A stretch of DNA of 64,000 bases from Chara braunii (GCA_003427395.1 BFEA01000046.1:3182484-3246483), one strand, 5' to 3'; positions 47,501-60,675 are shown, counted from the stretch's first letter. The notes: generated from the sequence alone by a model not told the origin. Translations and numbers: made by a program.

Positions 47501-50500
47501 TTGTTCCCCGATATTTATTTGTTTATTTTTATTTTTATCATACTTCCCCTTCTTTTTCTTTTTATTTATCACGGACGGGACGCGAGACGGCGGTGGGGTC
47601 GCGTGAGATGTGTGAAATTCGTGGGATTGCCTGAAGTGCAATTACAAAGTGTTTGTGTGGCCGCGCTGCGGTGCTGAGGGCGTGGCAGGCCCCAAGAGCT
47701 TAGCTCAGAGGGGCACACCCATGAAGTGTTAAAATACAGACCTGTATTCGGGATTGCCCCGGGCCCATTTCGCAGGGTCGGGGGGTACTGAGAAGGCCGG
47801 GCGGCCTTTGGTAGTGCCAGGGGGCATTGCCCCGGTCCAGTCCCTCGGGACATCCGTTAAAATTGGAACGATACAGGGGAGATTGGCACGGCCCCTGCAC
47901 AGGGACGACACATATAAACGGACGGAGTCCGACGGCCGCAGGATTGTTGCTCGGAAGTCAGTAGCCCGTCGAACTACGCAACCTTGGAAGGGCCGGGTGA
48001 CGTCAACAGGTGGGCGGAGAGGATGAACCCGGCTGACGAACCATGCCGGGTGCGAACGAAGGAGAGTGGGGAGAATGAGAGTGACAGTGGAAGCGGGTCT
48101 GTGGCGGGTACATGCGCCGAGGCATTGGGCGCTGCACTAACCATGCCGGGCAAGCGCTGAGACGGCGTAGCTACGGTGCTAAGCAGGCAAGGCGAGGCAG
48201 AGCCAGCAGCGGGCGACGAGGCAACGGGCAGGGAGCGACGGACGTTGAAGGAGGAAGGAAAAACCCAGAAATGAACCTGGACGCATCTTGCGCCAGGTGC
48301 GTGCGAAGTACAGATGGCGGAGGGGGCCATGTCGGGAAGGGGGGAAGTAGCTATCCCACTCGTTTCTCGATGAAACTGAGTGGGAGAAAGTGTTAGTCTA
48401 ACGGGTCTTAGTAGGGCGAATCTAGTCATGGCATCAGAACTAGTAGAGGGTTAGTAAGTATAGAGTTGGCAGGGAAAAGCACTGCGCGGAGTCATGGCGG
48501 GAGGAAAGCTGGGGGGATAAAGAGATGTTTATCTCCCTCGTTTCTGACTTGATTCAGACGAGGGAAGGTTGGATTCCGATGTTTTTTGGTAGGGCGAATG
48601 CGTTGGTGTTATGAGATTCAATGTTAGTTGTGTATAATGAGAGTTAGTAGAAAAGAGTGTGCGTGGGAGATGGCGGGAGAAGCGACGGAAGAAGGAGGCA
48701 AGATGCGGGAATCAGTCGATTCCTCATGGAATCGCTTGAGGGGGGGTTATGGAATGGGGGTTTTAGGGGTCGGCGACCTCGGATATGAACCTAGATTAGC
48801 GTGAAAGTTAGTGAGTTAGGAGGTTAGTAGAGAAGCTGGTGCGCCAGGCTATGGGGAGAAGTGAGGGAGAAAACGGAGGGCTTGCCCGTTACTCGATGGA
48901 AACGGGCAGGGAAGGGGGTAGATCAGAGGTTTTTGCGTGGGGTGAACGCGATGGACAGGTCAGAATGGCGAAGGAGCTAGTGTTTAGGGAGCTAGGAAGG
49001 AGGGAGTTGTGCGCGGAGGGGAGAAAAATAGCGTTGTAAAGGCGAATGAATCTAGTCGCGTTGTTGCGAAAGATTCACTCAATCCCTGGTTACCGGGTTT
49101 CCTTGAAGCCGGGATAGTGGGGTTGGGGGTTTACCTGTTGTCCGGGTGTGACTGTGGACCGGAGGACACTCCGCCGCCCCTCCTTCGAAGGCAACCGCCT
49201 GCTGCCACTGTTGTGGTCCCGACACTCGATACAGTAGCCGGATCTCCTGTCTCCACGCGCTGGCCTGAGAAGCAGTGTACGCTCCCATTTTCTGGCCGAA
49301 GATTCCTTTCTCGCCCCGTTGATCAGAGTAGCGTGAGGCCACCTGCAGGGTAGGAGGTACCACTGAGATCGTGCACCTGAAGGTGACCGGCTCGACCTTG
49401 ACGGGAGAGGACAAACAAACAAGCAAGGGCGGGCGAGCTGCAGGTTTACATGCTGGCTGGTGCAGTGCCTGGCTCTTCAAGCAAGGCTGATGTAAGCCAA
49501 CCATGGGGGCTTACCTGTTAAACGGTGTGCTCGCACACCGAGTGTCGGCAGGTAGAGGTGGGGGCGGATGAGAGCCGAGTTGCGGTCGCCGAGCTGCTGG
49601 GCTGCCGGACATGCTGCTCGCTGAGCTGCTGTTGGTGAGCCACCGACTCACAGGGGCGTTGACAACATGATTGTGCAAGCTGCCGTTCGCCGTTTCCTGC
49701 CGCTGAAGACAACCGTTGCGACTGTTGCTGTGTCTGCGGGTTGATCCTACGTAATTGGCCTGCAACCTCTAGTACAGTGCTGTGTGGCGTGCACGGGATC
49801 CCTAAGTCCTTCCTGCACGTGCTTATGGTACATACGGCTTAGGTGCGGCTTAGGTGGGGCTTGCTGCACTCCCACTGCGCTCCGCTGCACAGGTTGTTGT
49901 ACGGGTTTTGATAAAGAGGAGGTACGACACACAAAGTGTGTGTTGCTTGAGTATCGCCGATTAAAGTTTCGTGGCTGCAGTTTCATTAGGGGAAGCGACG
50001 GTGAGGCATGGGAGGAGTGAACGGGCTGAAGGAGGAATTATTACGGCTGCTTGGAGCTTCGTCGAGGCGTTGGTTATCGACCGTTTGGCTCAGGATTGGC
50101 CTAGCAAGTACTACTAGGCTGCCATTGCGGGGCCCTCAGGCGCACAAGGTTTCAAGGCCCTCTCCTGCGAGTCTGAGAGCACCTTTCCTGGATCAGAGAG
50201 TCTTAAATGTGCTTTCTCCAGCCCTTCTTACTCTAAGTCCGGTCTGTTGGTCCTGAGAGGAAGGCGGCAGGCGGGATTGCAACCCGTAACCCGCGCCAAG
50301 ACCTCTGTGGGAGGTTCGTCCCGCTGATTGCGGGAGTCCTGCCGGAACTTAGGAGGAGTTCTCGAGGCAAGGAACTGACAGGTAGTCATTGCTTCCCTCT
50401 ATAAGCCCAGGTATAACCCCTATCTACACCTCCCAATGCATCGCTGGCTGAATATATGGAGTGCAGCCTTACTTTGACTTTTGTTTGACCTTCAGGATCA

Positions 50501-50642
50501 AATTCAGATTAAGTAACGGGATGTGTGAGCGATCTCAGTTCCACTTTTGTTGATTGTGTGAAGGCAGATTGTGAAAGAGAACTGCATATGGGAAAGGCAG
50601 GATGGAGGGCTGAATTGCATGAGATTTGACTGGGTTGTTAAG

Positions 50643-51590
50643 GCTGGGAGGTCCCCATAAGTTTGGGGAAGCCAAGCGCTTTGTTAATTTTGGGGTTTGC
50701 ATGGAGCAATCAGGCCGCTCTATAAGTTTTGGTAGCCTGAATACTTTGGAGGCTGGGACGTCCCCATAAGTTTGGGGAGACCCGGTATTGTGAATTGCAT
50801 GGAGGGTCAGAACGCTCTAGAAGTTTAGGTGACCTGACTGCTTTGACTTGCGAGGGTTTGACTGCGTTTGAATTTAAGGGGCTCAGAGCATTCAGTAAGT
50901 TTTGGTGCTTTGAGCTGCCTTGGCTTCTTTTGGGTTTTCTCAGTCTCTTTGGGTTCTGAACGAGGGGGCTGAGTTGCTCTATAAGTTTAGGTGGCCTTGT
51001 CTCTTCCTGCATTTGTTTTAAGGGAATGAACCTGACAAAGGGCAGACCCTTCTGTAAGTTCAGGGGGCTTGACCCAATGCCACACACAGGAAGGCTAAGA
51101 GAGAAAGGAATCAGGTGGAGAGGCAGACCCTTCTGTAAGTTCAGGGGGGTTGACTCAAAGCCTCGCACATGCTGGAACCCAATGGTTATAATTTGGCTAT
51201 ACTGTATTACTATTTTATCTATGAATAGGCTAGTTAGGCACGGGTTTCATAAGATTGGATGGTCTGACTATAACTTATCATAATTTGAAGAGAGTACAAT
51301 TAAGAATATAATTGCAGGTAACATGGGCCGGCTAGCATTGTTTCTAAGATGAATGGCTCAGTCCTACGCCCACCCTGAAGATTAAGTTCAGAGAGGTATA
51401 ATTTGGCTACCTAAACAGTTCAGGGCGACTAGAATAGTCTAGTCATATGCGCGAGGAAGATAAAAGTAGTTGTGCCCTATGTTTGTGTATACTTAGCTAA
51501 ATCAGGACGCTATATAAGTTTAGGTATTCTGAATCTAGGCCTGGCTAAGTTGGGCGCGCTCTGTAAGTTCAGGTGGTCTGACCTATGCCT
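50643..51590 (+). ncRNA. TAAG(T/A)T stem-loop array, third copy
   Basis: Colinear with 38632-39575. Confidence 0.75.
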
Positions 51591-53832
51591 TATGTAAGTT
51601 GGGTATANGCGCCAGCAGCCCCGTTGTTCCCCGATATTTATTTGTTTATTTTTATTTTTATCATACTTCCCCTTCTTTTTGTTTTTATTTATCGCGTCCC
51701 GTCAGGGGACGTGTGACGGCGGTGGGGTCGCGTGAGATGTGTGAAATTCGTGGGATTGCCTGAAGTGCAATTACAAATTGTTTGTGTGGCCGCGCCGCGG
51801 TACCGAGGGCGTGGCAGGCCCCAAGAGCTTAGCTCAGAGGGGCATACCCATGAAGTGTTAAAATACAGACCTGTATTCGGGATTGCCCCGGGCCCATTTC
51901 GCAGGGGCGGGGGGTACTGAGAAGGCCGGACGGCCTTTGGTAGTGCCAGGGGGCATTGCCCCGGTCGAGTCCCTCGGGACATCCGTTAAAATTGTAACAA
52001 TACAGGGGAGATTGGCACGGCCCCTGCACAGGGACGGCACATATAAACGGACGGAGTCCGACGGCCGCAGGATTGTTGCTCGGCAGTCAATACCCCGTCG
52101 GACTGCGCAACCTCGGAAGGGCCGGGTGACGTCAACAGGTGGGCGGAGAGGATGAAGCCGGCCGACGAACCACGCTGGCTGAGAACGAAGGAGAGTGGGG
52201 AGAATGGGAGTGACAGTGGACGCGGGTCTGTGGCGGGTGCATGCGCCGAGGCATTGGGCGCTGCACTAACCATGCCGGGCGAGTGCTGAGACGGCGCAGC
52301 TACGGTGCTAAGCAGGCAAGGCGAGGCAGAGCCAGCAGCGGGCGATGAGGCAACGGGCAGGGAGCAACGGGCGTTGAAGGAGGGAAGGAAAAACCTAGAA
52401 ATGAACCTGGACGTATTTTGCGCCAGGTGTGTGCGAAGTAGAGATGGCGGAGGGGACCATGTCGGGAAGGGGGGAAGTAGCTATCCCACTCGTTTCTCGA
52501 TGAAACTGAGTGGGAGAAAGTGTTAGTCTAACGGGTTTTAGTAGGGCGAATTCAGTCATGGCGTCAGAACTGAAGATGCCTGGCTCGACCTTGACGGGAG
52601 AGGACAAACCGACAAGGAGGGGCGGGCGAGCTGCAGGTTTACCTGCTGGCTGGTGCAGTGCCTGGCTCTTCAAGCAAGGCTCCTGTAAGCCAACCACGGA
52701 GGCTTACCTGTTAAACGGTGTGCTCGCACACCGAGTGTCGGCAGGTAGAGGTGGGGGCGGATGAGAGCTGAGTTCTGGTCGTCGAGCTGCTGGGCTGCCG
52801 GACTGCGGCTCGCTGAGCTACTGTTGGTGAGCCACCGACTCACAGAGGCATTGACAACATGACTGTGCAAGCTGCTGTTTGCCGTTTCCTGCCGCTGAAG
52901 ACCACCGTTGTGACTGTTGCTGTGTCTGCGGATTGATCCTACGTAATTGGTCTGCAACCTCTAGTACTGTGCTTTGTGGCGTGCACGCGATCCCTAAGTC
53001 CTTCCTGCACGTGCTTATGGTACATACGGCTTAGGTGCGGCTTAGGTGGGGCTTGTTGCACTCTCACTGCGCTCCGCTGCACAGGTCGCTGTACGGGTTT
53101 TATAAAGAGGAGGTACGACACACACAGTGTGTGTTGCTTGAGTATCGCTGATTAGAGCTTCGTGGCTGCAGTTTCATTAGGGGAGGCGATGGTGAGGCAT
53201 GGGAGGAGTGAACGGGCTGAAGGAGGGATTATTACGGCAGCTTGGAGCTTCGTCGAGGCGTTGGTGATCGGCCGTTTGGCTCAGGATTGGCCTAGCGAGT
53301 ACTACTTGGCTACCATTGCGGGGCCCTCAGGCGCACAAGGTTTCAAGGCCCTCTCATGCGAGTCTGAGAGCACCTTTCCTGGATCAGAGAGTCTTAAATT
53401 TGCTTTCTCCTGCCCTTCTTACTCTATGTCCGGTCTGTTGGTCCTGAGAGGAAGGCGGCAGGCGGGATTGCAACCCGTAACCCGCGCCTAGACCTTTGTG
53501 GGAGGTTCGCCCCACTGATTGCGGGAGTCCTGCCGGAACTCAGGAGGAGTTCTGAAGGCAGGGAACGGACAGGTTATCATTGCTTCCCTCTATAAACCCA
53601 GGTATAACCCCTATCTACATCTCCCAATGCATCGCTGGCTGAATATATGGAGTGCAGCCTTACTTTGACTTTTGTTTGACCTTCAGGATCTAATTCAGAT
53701 TAAGTAAAGGGATGTGTGTGCGATCTCAGTTTCAGTTTTGTTGATTGTGTGAAGGCAGATTGTGAAAGAAAACTGCATATGGGAAAGGCAGGATGGAGGG
53801 CTGAATTGCATGAGATTTGACTGGGTTGTTAA

Positions 53833-54790
53833 GGCTGGGAGGTCCCCATAAGTTTGGGGAAGCCCAGCGCTTTGTTCATTTTGGGGTTTGGATAGAGCAA
53901 TCCGGCGGCCGCTCTATAAGTTTATGTAGCCTGAATGCTTTGGAGGCTGGGACGTCCCCATAAGTTTGGGGAGACCCGGTGTTGTGAATTGCATGGAGGG
54001 TCAGAACTCTCTAGAAGTTTAGGTGACCTGACTGCTCTGACTTGCGAGGGTTTGACTGTGTTTGAATTTAAGGGGCTCAGAGCATTCAATAAGTTTTGGT
54101 GCTTTGAGCTGCCCTGGCTTCTTTTGGGTTTTCTCAGTCTCTTTGGGTTCTGAACGAGGGGGCTGAGTTGCTCTATAAGTTTAGGTGGCCCAGTCTCTTC
54201 CTGCATTTGTGTTAAGGGAATAAACCTGACAAAGGGCAAGCCATTTTGTAAGTTCAGCGGGCTTGACCCAATGCCACACACAGGAAGGCTAAGAGAGAAA
54301 GGAATCAGGTGGAGAGGCAGACCCTTCTGTAAGTTCAGGGGGTTTGACTCAAAGCCTCGCACATGCTGGAGAGGCAGACCCTTCTGTAATTTGGCTATAC
54401 TGTATTACTATTTTATCTATGAACAGGTTAGTCAAGCACGGTTTCCATAAGATTGGATGGTCTGACTATAGCTTATCATAATTTGAAGAGAGTATAATTA
54501 AGAATATAATTGCAGGTAACCTAGGCCGACTGAGCATTGTTTCTAAGATGAATGGCTCAGTCTTACGTCCACCCTGAAGATTAAGTTCAGAGAGGTATAT
54601 ATAATTTGGCTTTCTAAACAGTTCAGGGCGACTAGAATAGTCTAGTCATTTGCGCAAGGAAGATGAAAGTAGTTGTGCCCTCTGTTTGTGTATACTTGGC
54701 TAAGTCAGGACGCTCTTTAAGTTTAGGTATTCTAACTCTAGGCCTGGCTAAGTTGGGCGCGCTCTGTAAGTTCAGGTGGTTTGACCTATG
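53833..54790 (+). ncRNA. TAAG(T/A)T stem-loop array, fourth copy
   Basis: Colinear with 38632-39575. Confidence 0.75.
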
Positions 54791-55098
54791 CCTTATGTAA
54801 GCTGGGTATAAAGGGTTAAATCATTGAAAGATCATGAACTATTGTTTGCTCAGGTTGACTTGGGGATGGTGAGAGTACTTTCCTTTGTGGTTTGGCCTGC
54901 ATGTTACGAAGTGAGGTTACTACTTGGTTTGAGTTTCAGTTGGTAGGTAGTCGCTTCAATCGCTCGCGACGTGCTAAAACCATAAGAGTTAGTTTCAATT
55001 CCTGCATTTTTTTAGCTAAGTTTTTTTTACTTAGGTCAATTCTTGCATTTTCTGGGATCATTTATAATACTTGGCTTTGTATAAACCTTGGCAAGTCA

Positions 55099-55640
55099 CT
55101 TTCTCTACGGGAAGCGCTACCGAAATTTTTACAAATCCAAGGAGTTCGCCAACTTTTGACCTGTCAAAGTTCAACTTATCTATTCTTTATATCTGACTTA
55201 GTAAAAATTTAGAAATTCTCATTTTCTAAAGGGAGTGCTGTCCAAATTTCTATAATTCAAGGAGTTAGACGAAATTGGACCTTGAGAAGTCAAAGTTACT
55301 TTCGAATTCTGGACTTAACCTTGTATAAATTTTGGAATAACACTTTTCTAAAGGGAGTGCTGCCGAAATTTCTGCAGAACTAAGGAGTTAGTTAAATCTT
55401 GCCTAAGTTGAACTCAAGTTGTCTTTTGAGTTTATATCTGTTTGAGTATAAATCAGAAAAATCTCGTTTTCTAAAGGGAGTGCTGCCCAAATTTTTGCTA
55501 ATTCAGGGAGTTAGACAAAATTTGACTTTCCAGAATTAAAGATTATTTCTGCTTTCATATTTGGACTGATATAAATTCTGAAAAGACATTTTTCATACGG
55601 GAAATACTGCCCAAATTTTTTTAGTTTAGAGGAGATAGAT
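55099..55640 (+). repeat. About 122-bp tandem repeat, 5 copies
   Basis: Colinear with 39886-40430. Confidence 0.85.
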
Positions 55641-57378
55641 TATATTTTGACAGGTGGCGGTTCTTGCGATCCACCCTAAATAGGGGAGATTCTGCTATTA
55701 GTCTACCTTTGCTTTGGGCACTGGTTTAGAGGTAGGTTTAGGCTTAGTTAATTCGGATGCTTTAGTAAGATCGTGATATGGGGATTATTCTGCATGGACT
55801 TATAGACTTAGCCTGGGGCATTGACCTGTCATGTGTTACAGGTCCTCTTGATCGTTGACTCAAGTTCAGGACTAGATTCAGCTTGATCCCTTGAGGATCG
55901 TCTTCTGTTATCACTCATAACATGTCGGTTGTCGATTCGTCGGTTTACGATTCAACTCCAATACACCCTGCCATTCAACCTAAAGACTTTAGCCTTGTGA
56001 TTGAACTGTTTTGTTGTGTTTTCACCCGGACTTAATTGAATGATCATCCTACAAAGTACTGAGTATTTATTTAAGAGTTGCACGAGTGAGGCTTGTATGG
56101 CTAAAGCGAGGGGTATGAGTGTAAGCAATGGTTGAAGTTGACCCTGTGTAGTGCGTGGACTTCTGGATGAATCTTTGATATGATTGTAGGTACGGTTGTG
56201 GTTCGGCTACTAGATGTGACTGCCTGCGATTACATACATATATGGCTGAGAGGAGTCCTACTGTGACTGTGAGAAGTGATCGTCCTATATAAATAAGCCT
56301 TATATATATATATTTATATGTGCCTTGGGTATATGCGCGGCTTACTGAGATCGTGCGCACGGGTTAACCAGGCTATGACTTGAGAGAAAAGGGAGATTCT
56401 CTTTTATCCTTTGCTTTTTAGAGATTTTTATAGTCGGACGTTGGTCTAGGGCCGAGATTTAAGGTCCTTGTCCAGGACATCCCAAGCCCTAGGCTCTGCA
56501 AGGAAGGAATCTGCCCCCGTGCAGAGCCTATTTGCCTTGCCTACTGAGACGCTCAAACCAAGGTCGGAGGTCTCGTGGCGGCTGCACGACTATTTCTTCA
56601 GGTGTGCAATATCGTGAAGGATTATACCCCCACGACACTTCGAGTCTGACACTTGAGTGTCATAAGCGGCACTCGGATCCACGAGGGACCGCTTGATTAT
56701 GGACACTACATAGTACGCCATCATAACGACTGCTTGCTTACGCTTGCATTGCGAGTCGATATGAGTTAGCCCTTTGCCGCGCGGTTTCATACTAAGTCTC
56801 GCGCGCGACGCCTATCCGATTTCCGCATTGGAAAGTTATGGGTTGGCTATCGAGGGGCTAAGAGCGTTGTCGCGTTGTTTGTGTTGTGTCGTTTCGTGTG
56901 TGCGTGTGTTTTAATTTTGTGTTCGTAAAGTGGTGTGCGCGTGGTGTGTGGGATGCGTCCTAGTCGACCGACGTCGGGCCGCGCTTGGGACTTCAGCCCC
57001 CCAAGATGTCAGTTCGCGTGCGGGCCCGATAGGCGTATTACCGCGCGTACCCCCTATGCTACAGCGAACGAGAAACGCCCTCGACTAGTCCACCTCTGCG
57101 ATTGCAACTGATTAGCTTTCGTACTATGGACTGGCAGCTCGGGGGGGATACGCCCACCGAAGGGAGGTGACAGCTCCGGTAAGGTGGAGGTAAGTTGTGC
57201 CTCGCGTAGGCCCTATCCTTTCGTACGGGCTCGCGAGAGGTATGGCTGGGGCACTCGGCCGAAGCGGCCTAAGGAAGCTCCACTTGTGTGTTCGTGACGA
57301 GGTTGGTCCTACTCCTGCGTGACTCGGCCGAGAAGGTCCCGCGCTGCTCCATGCGGTGCCGGACCGATGCGCTCGACA

Positions 57379-59316
57379 GCGGGGCCTATATAGGAGGAGC
57401 CAATAGTTGTTGAGTCGGATGACGAGGGGCAGGAAGGCGAGAGGGAGTCGACCATCACCATCTTGGGGAAGATGGAGGATCTGCTGGGGAAGGTGGGTAG
57501 ATATCAGCAGAAGCTGCAGGAATTGTGCGATGAAACCCGAAAGTGGGAGGCCAACCTTTCCGGAGTCTTCCTCTATGACTCTGGACCCGAACCTTCGTCA
57601 GGGCAGCAGGGGTATCCAAGAGTTGCGACTGTGGGGGCGGGCCCTAAGTCATGTATGACCTACAAACCCCCCACATCGCATGGAAGAGTGCTACAGGCGG
57701 CGCGGACCCGGAGCAAGAATAAGGCTGGAGCCGGTCAAGAGCCCAGCAAGGCGCCCAGCTAGGCACCCCATCGAAAGGAGCCTGAGCCAGGACGCAAGAA
57801 GGAGGTGGTGGAGGTTCCGGAGGAGGAGGAAGAGGATGATGACGAGGAGGATGAGAGGTTCCGACAAGAGGAGGACCGGCGGGCGGAACTAAGGGTTAGG
57901 AAGAGAGGGGCCCAGGAGGAAGCCGAGCCAAGCCTGCCTGACGGCGTACCTAAGAAGAAGAAGTACGCAGTCCGTTCGGAGGAGGGCCTCGATGTGGAGC
58001 GAATGGTGGACAGGCTCCTGGAAGGTCATAATGACCTGATGAACCTAAAGGACATTTTAGCCTCTCCACCAAGGCTCCGTGACGGGCTGAAAGGGCGGCT
58101 CTCGCGAAGGCTAGTGCCAAATGTCCACCTGAGTACGATCCTGCCAAGGGAGGTAGAATGGACCGAGGCAGGGACAATGATGGATTGGAAGTGTGTGGCG
58201 TGCGGACAGGTGAATTTGGTGGTGAAAAACCAGAAATGTACCGGGATGGTGGATATGGGCGCGGAGATGAACATCATCCGGAAAAAAGAAGCGGTGATAT
58301 TGGGAATGGAGATCGACCGTTCGGACCATGGCATGTTGCATGGCGCCAACTGCAAGGCGGCCTTTTGTGGTACGACGTCAAATGTGATTATCGAAATTGG
58401 GAAGGTACGGGCGAGGACCTGCTTCTTCGTCATGCCAGATGTTGACCACTCCATCCTCCTGGGGAGATCGTTCCTGTGCCGCACGGAGACCTTGATCTTT
58501 AATATGCATGATGAAACAATGATTCTGCTTCTGTGTGATCAGGCTTGTGGGAATTATGAGGTCATTACTTGCCGGAACACGGGGCCCGAGAGTGGAAGGA
58601 ACAAGCCCAACCTTGGCTCGCTTACCTTTGAAGAGTCTGAAAACGAGCGGAGGAGGCCCTGGGAGGTGCCCGAGGAGGAAGGAGGGACTGTAGTGCTGAC
58701 ATTAAGCCTTACTGATGTCAATAAGGCTATGGAAATGGTCGCGGCGCACGACATGGCGGATCAAGAAGCCATCAGGGCACTGAGGGAACAGGTTTTTGAG
58801 AGCCCTCAGGTGGGAGAGGTGGAGCTGGTCTATCGGCTTCCAGGTGGAAAGGGAGGCCCGACAATGGCACAAGCATGAACGGTAGGCCGGCCTTTTTTAG
58901 GGGACGGCTTCAACAGGGCTCCCAAAGACGGTACAAAACGGTAGATAAAAACTGCCGCCCAGTTTCCGTGCTCGTTACTTAGGATGAGGAGGCTTATTAG
59001 GAGCGGGAATGAGGGTTGATACGGCATATGCGGGAGCAGGCAACCAGCGGTCTGTGCCGTATCAACGATGAGAACGAGGAGAAACTGATAATCGTGGAGC
59101 CCGACTTCCTTTCGCCCCAAGAGAGAGCTCTGCTGGTGGGGTTGATGAAGAAAAGGCACCGCGCGTATGCATTCAACGACGATCAGCGTGGGAGGCTGGA
59201 TGTGGACCAGATTCTGATGATCCGGATCCATACGGTTCCACACGAGCCATGGAATCTAAGGGGCGCATGGTACACAACCCAGACGAGGAGAAGATGGTGG
59301 TGGATTATCTGGACGG
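57379..59316 (+). pseudogene. pol: Element A gag C-terminus, aspartic protease and start of the RT ORF; truncated at an LTR
   Basis: Protease motifs GMVDMGAEMNII and SILLGRSFL. RGRLDVDQILMIRIHTVPHEPWN matches the pre-RT segment of element C (KGRLDAKLIPPVRIHTVEHECWN). Confidence 0.9.
58893..58899 (+). promoter_or_regulatory. Candidate -1 ribosomal frameshift heptamer T TTT TTA (followed by GGG)
   Basis: In phase with the protease ORF 57805. The downstream ORF 59016 is in the -1 frame. Confidence 0.65.
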
Positions 59317-60465
59317 TGTAGGGGTCGTACCCTGAAGGACTTTCGAGCCTCGGTCGACCCCACTACGGGTCCCATTTGGCTCGACCCGCCCACGCTCACG
59401 CTCAGGGCACGGGTCGCTTGTCCCAGGGGCACCCCCACCTAGTGCTTTGAGATGGATGGGGATGGGTCTTTTACGAGAGGGTTTTACATTGGGGGATGTA
59501 GCTCCACTCTCGCGTCAAGATGGTAGCTCTTTGGCCACTCGTGGCGTTTTTTTGATTCGATTAAGTCAGGCCAGGCAATTGCTCCTTCCAATACGCAAGC
59601 AGTCCAAGAAGTTTATTAAAGTTTGGTCTTCTTATCATGCACAGGCCAAGCATCATTCATTGGGCCACGCACCTTTTCACTAAATCTAGTGGCTCAAGAC
59701 AGCCCCTACGGCATCCTTGGGGTAGGGTGGCATCGCCCGGACCCCTAGCCGCTATATTTGTTTTGCTTGAACCACCAACATTGCATTCACCTATCCACGA
59801 CTGCCCTTAGTTCTTCCGGGCTTGCATTGCATTCAAGAGAGCCATTGCATTCAATCATCACACAAGCCCCATCCCAGCGGCTACCACTCATTCAAGCATC
59901 CGACCACCGACCCCATCCTGCATTCATAGTTTAAGCGGGGTCTAAGTCCTTCCCTCGTTGTNCCCCATCCCAGCGGCTACCACTCATTCAAGCATCCGAC
60001 CACCGACCCCATCCTGCATTCATAGTTTAAGCGGGGTCTAAGTCCTTCCCTCGTTGTTTTCCCTATTCCCGCCCGCATCCGGAGGACGCAGTCCCGCTCA
60101 GACNACCCTAGGCTACTCACCTGCGCAAGACCACACAAAGCAAAAGCCNGGTACAATCCCCATTGGGGTCAACACATCGCCCCTCCCACAATCCTAAGTT
60201 CCTTTTGCCTTTNATGATCCTTTGGTTATCTTTCCCTTCACTCAAGCAAGCGATGCCTTCACCTTGGTCATGCAATTGGGGAAGATGGTTGAGTCAAACT
60301 GACCTCGTCCAAAATCAGCGCTCCTTTTTGCTTCCGCAAATGCTCTCAATAGTTCTGTATCCTTCCCTTCTTGGTGGCACAAGGGACCGGCTGCCCTTAC
60401 CTTGCCCTCGCTTTCCACCAAGTGAGGACTAAGTTCCTTCCCGTTCGTTCCCTAACAATGTAACA
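59317..60465 (-). mobile_element. LTR of family C on the minus strand; no TSD
   Basis: The reverse complement begins TGTTACATTGTTAGGGAACGAAC and ends CCCCTACA, homologous to 6150-7220. Confidence 0.88.
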
Positions 60466-60554
60466 GGTGATGGTGGAGGTAAGTCACATGCCATGGGGGG
60501 GGGGAAGGGGTGACGGAAGGGTAAAGGGTTAAAGAGTTTAGAAGGAATGGAGGA

Positions 60555-60675
60555 AGGCGGAGGGAGAGGGAGAGGGAAAAAGAGAGAGAGAGAGAGAGAG
60601 GGAGGGAGAGGGAGGGAGAGAGAAAGAGAGAGCGAGAGAGAGAGAGAGAGAGGGAGAGAGAGAGAGAGAGAGAGC
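60555..60675. repeat. (GA)n/(GGGAGA)n microsatellite
   Basis: Directly visible. Confidence 0.95.

Larger units (their letters stand above)
35128..57378 (+). mobile_element. Element B: non-autonomous giant-LTR retroelement nested in the gag of element A
   Basis: TG..CA termini and TSD GCGG at 35124-35127 and 57379-57382. Removing it rejoins gag in frame (QQLKAGPI*EEPIVVESDDE). Confidence 0.9.
46730..57378 (+). mobile_element. 3' LTR region of element B: two overlapping LTR copies joined at a single N (51608)
   Basis: 46730-51607 is the LTR 5' part. 51609 restarts at the equivalent of about 47487 and runs to the terminus, with a deletion of about 0.9 kb at about 52572. Confidence 0.88.

Noticed and set aside
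46730-57378. A genuine 10.6-kb 3' LTR
   Set aside because: The 4-kb internal duplication starts exactly at a single N (51608). It is most likely two LTR copies joined across a scaffold gap, and the true structure needs long reads.
59866-60056. About 95-bp exact tandem duplication in the LTR
   Set aside because: Identical copies separated by one N indicate a contig-overlap artefact.
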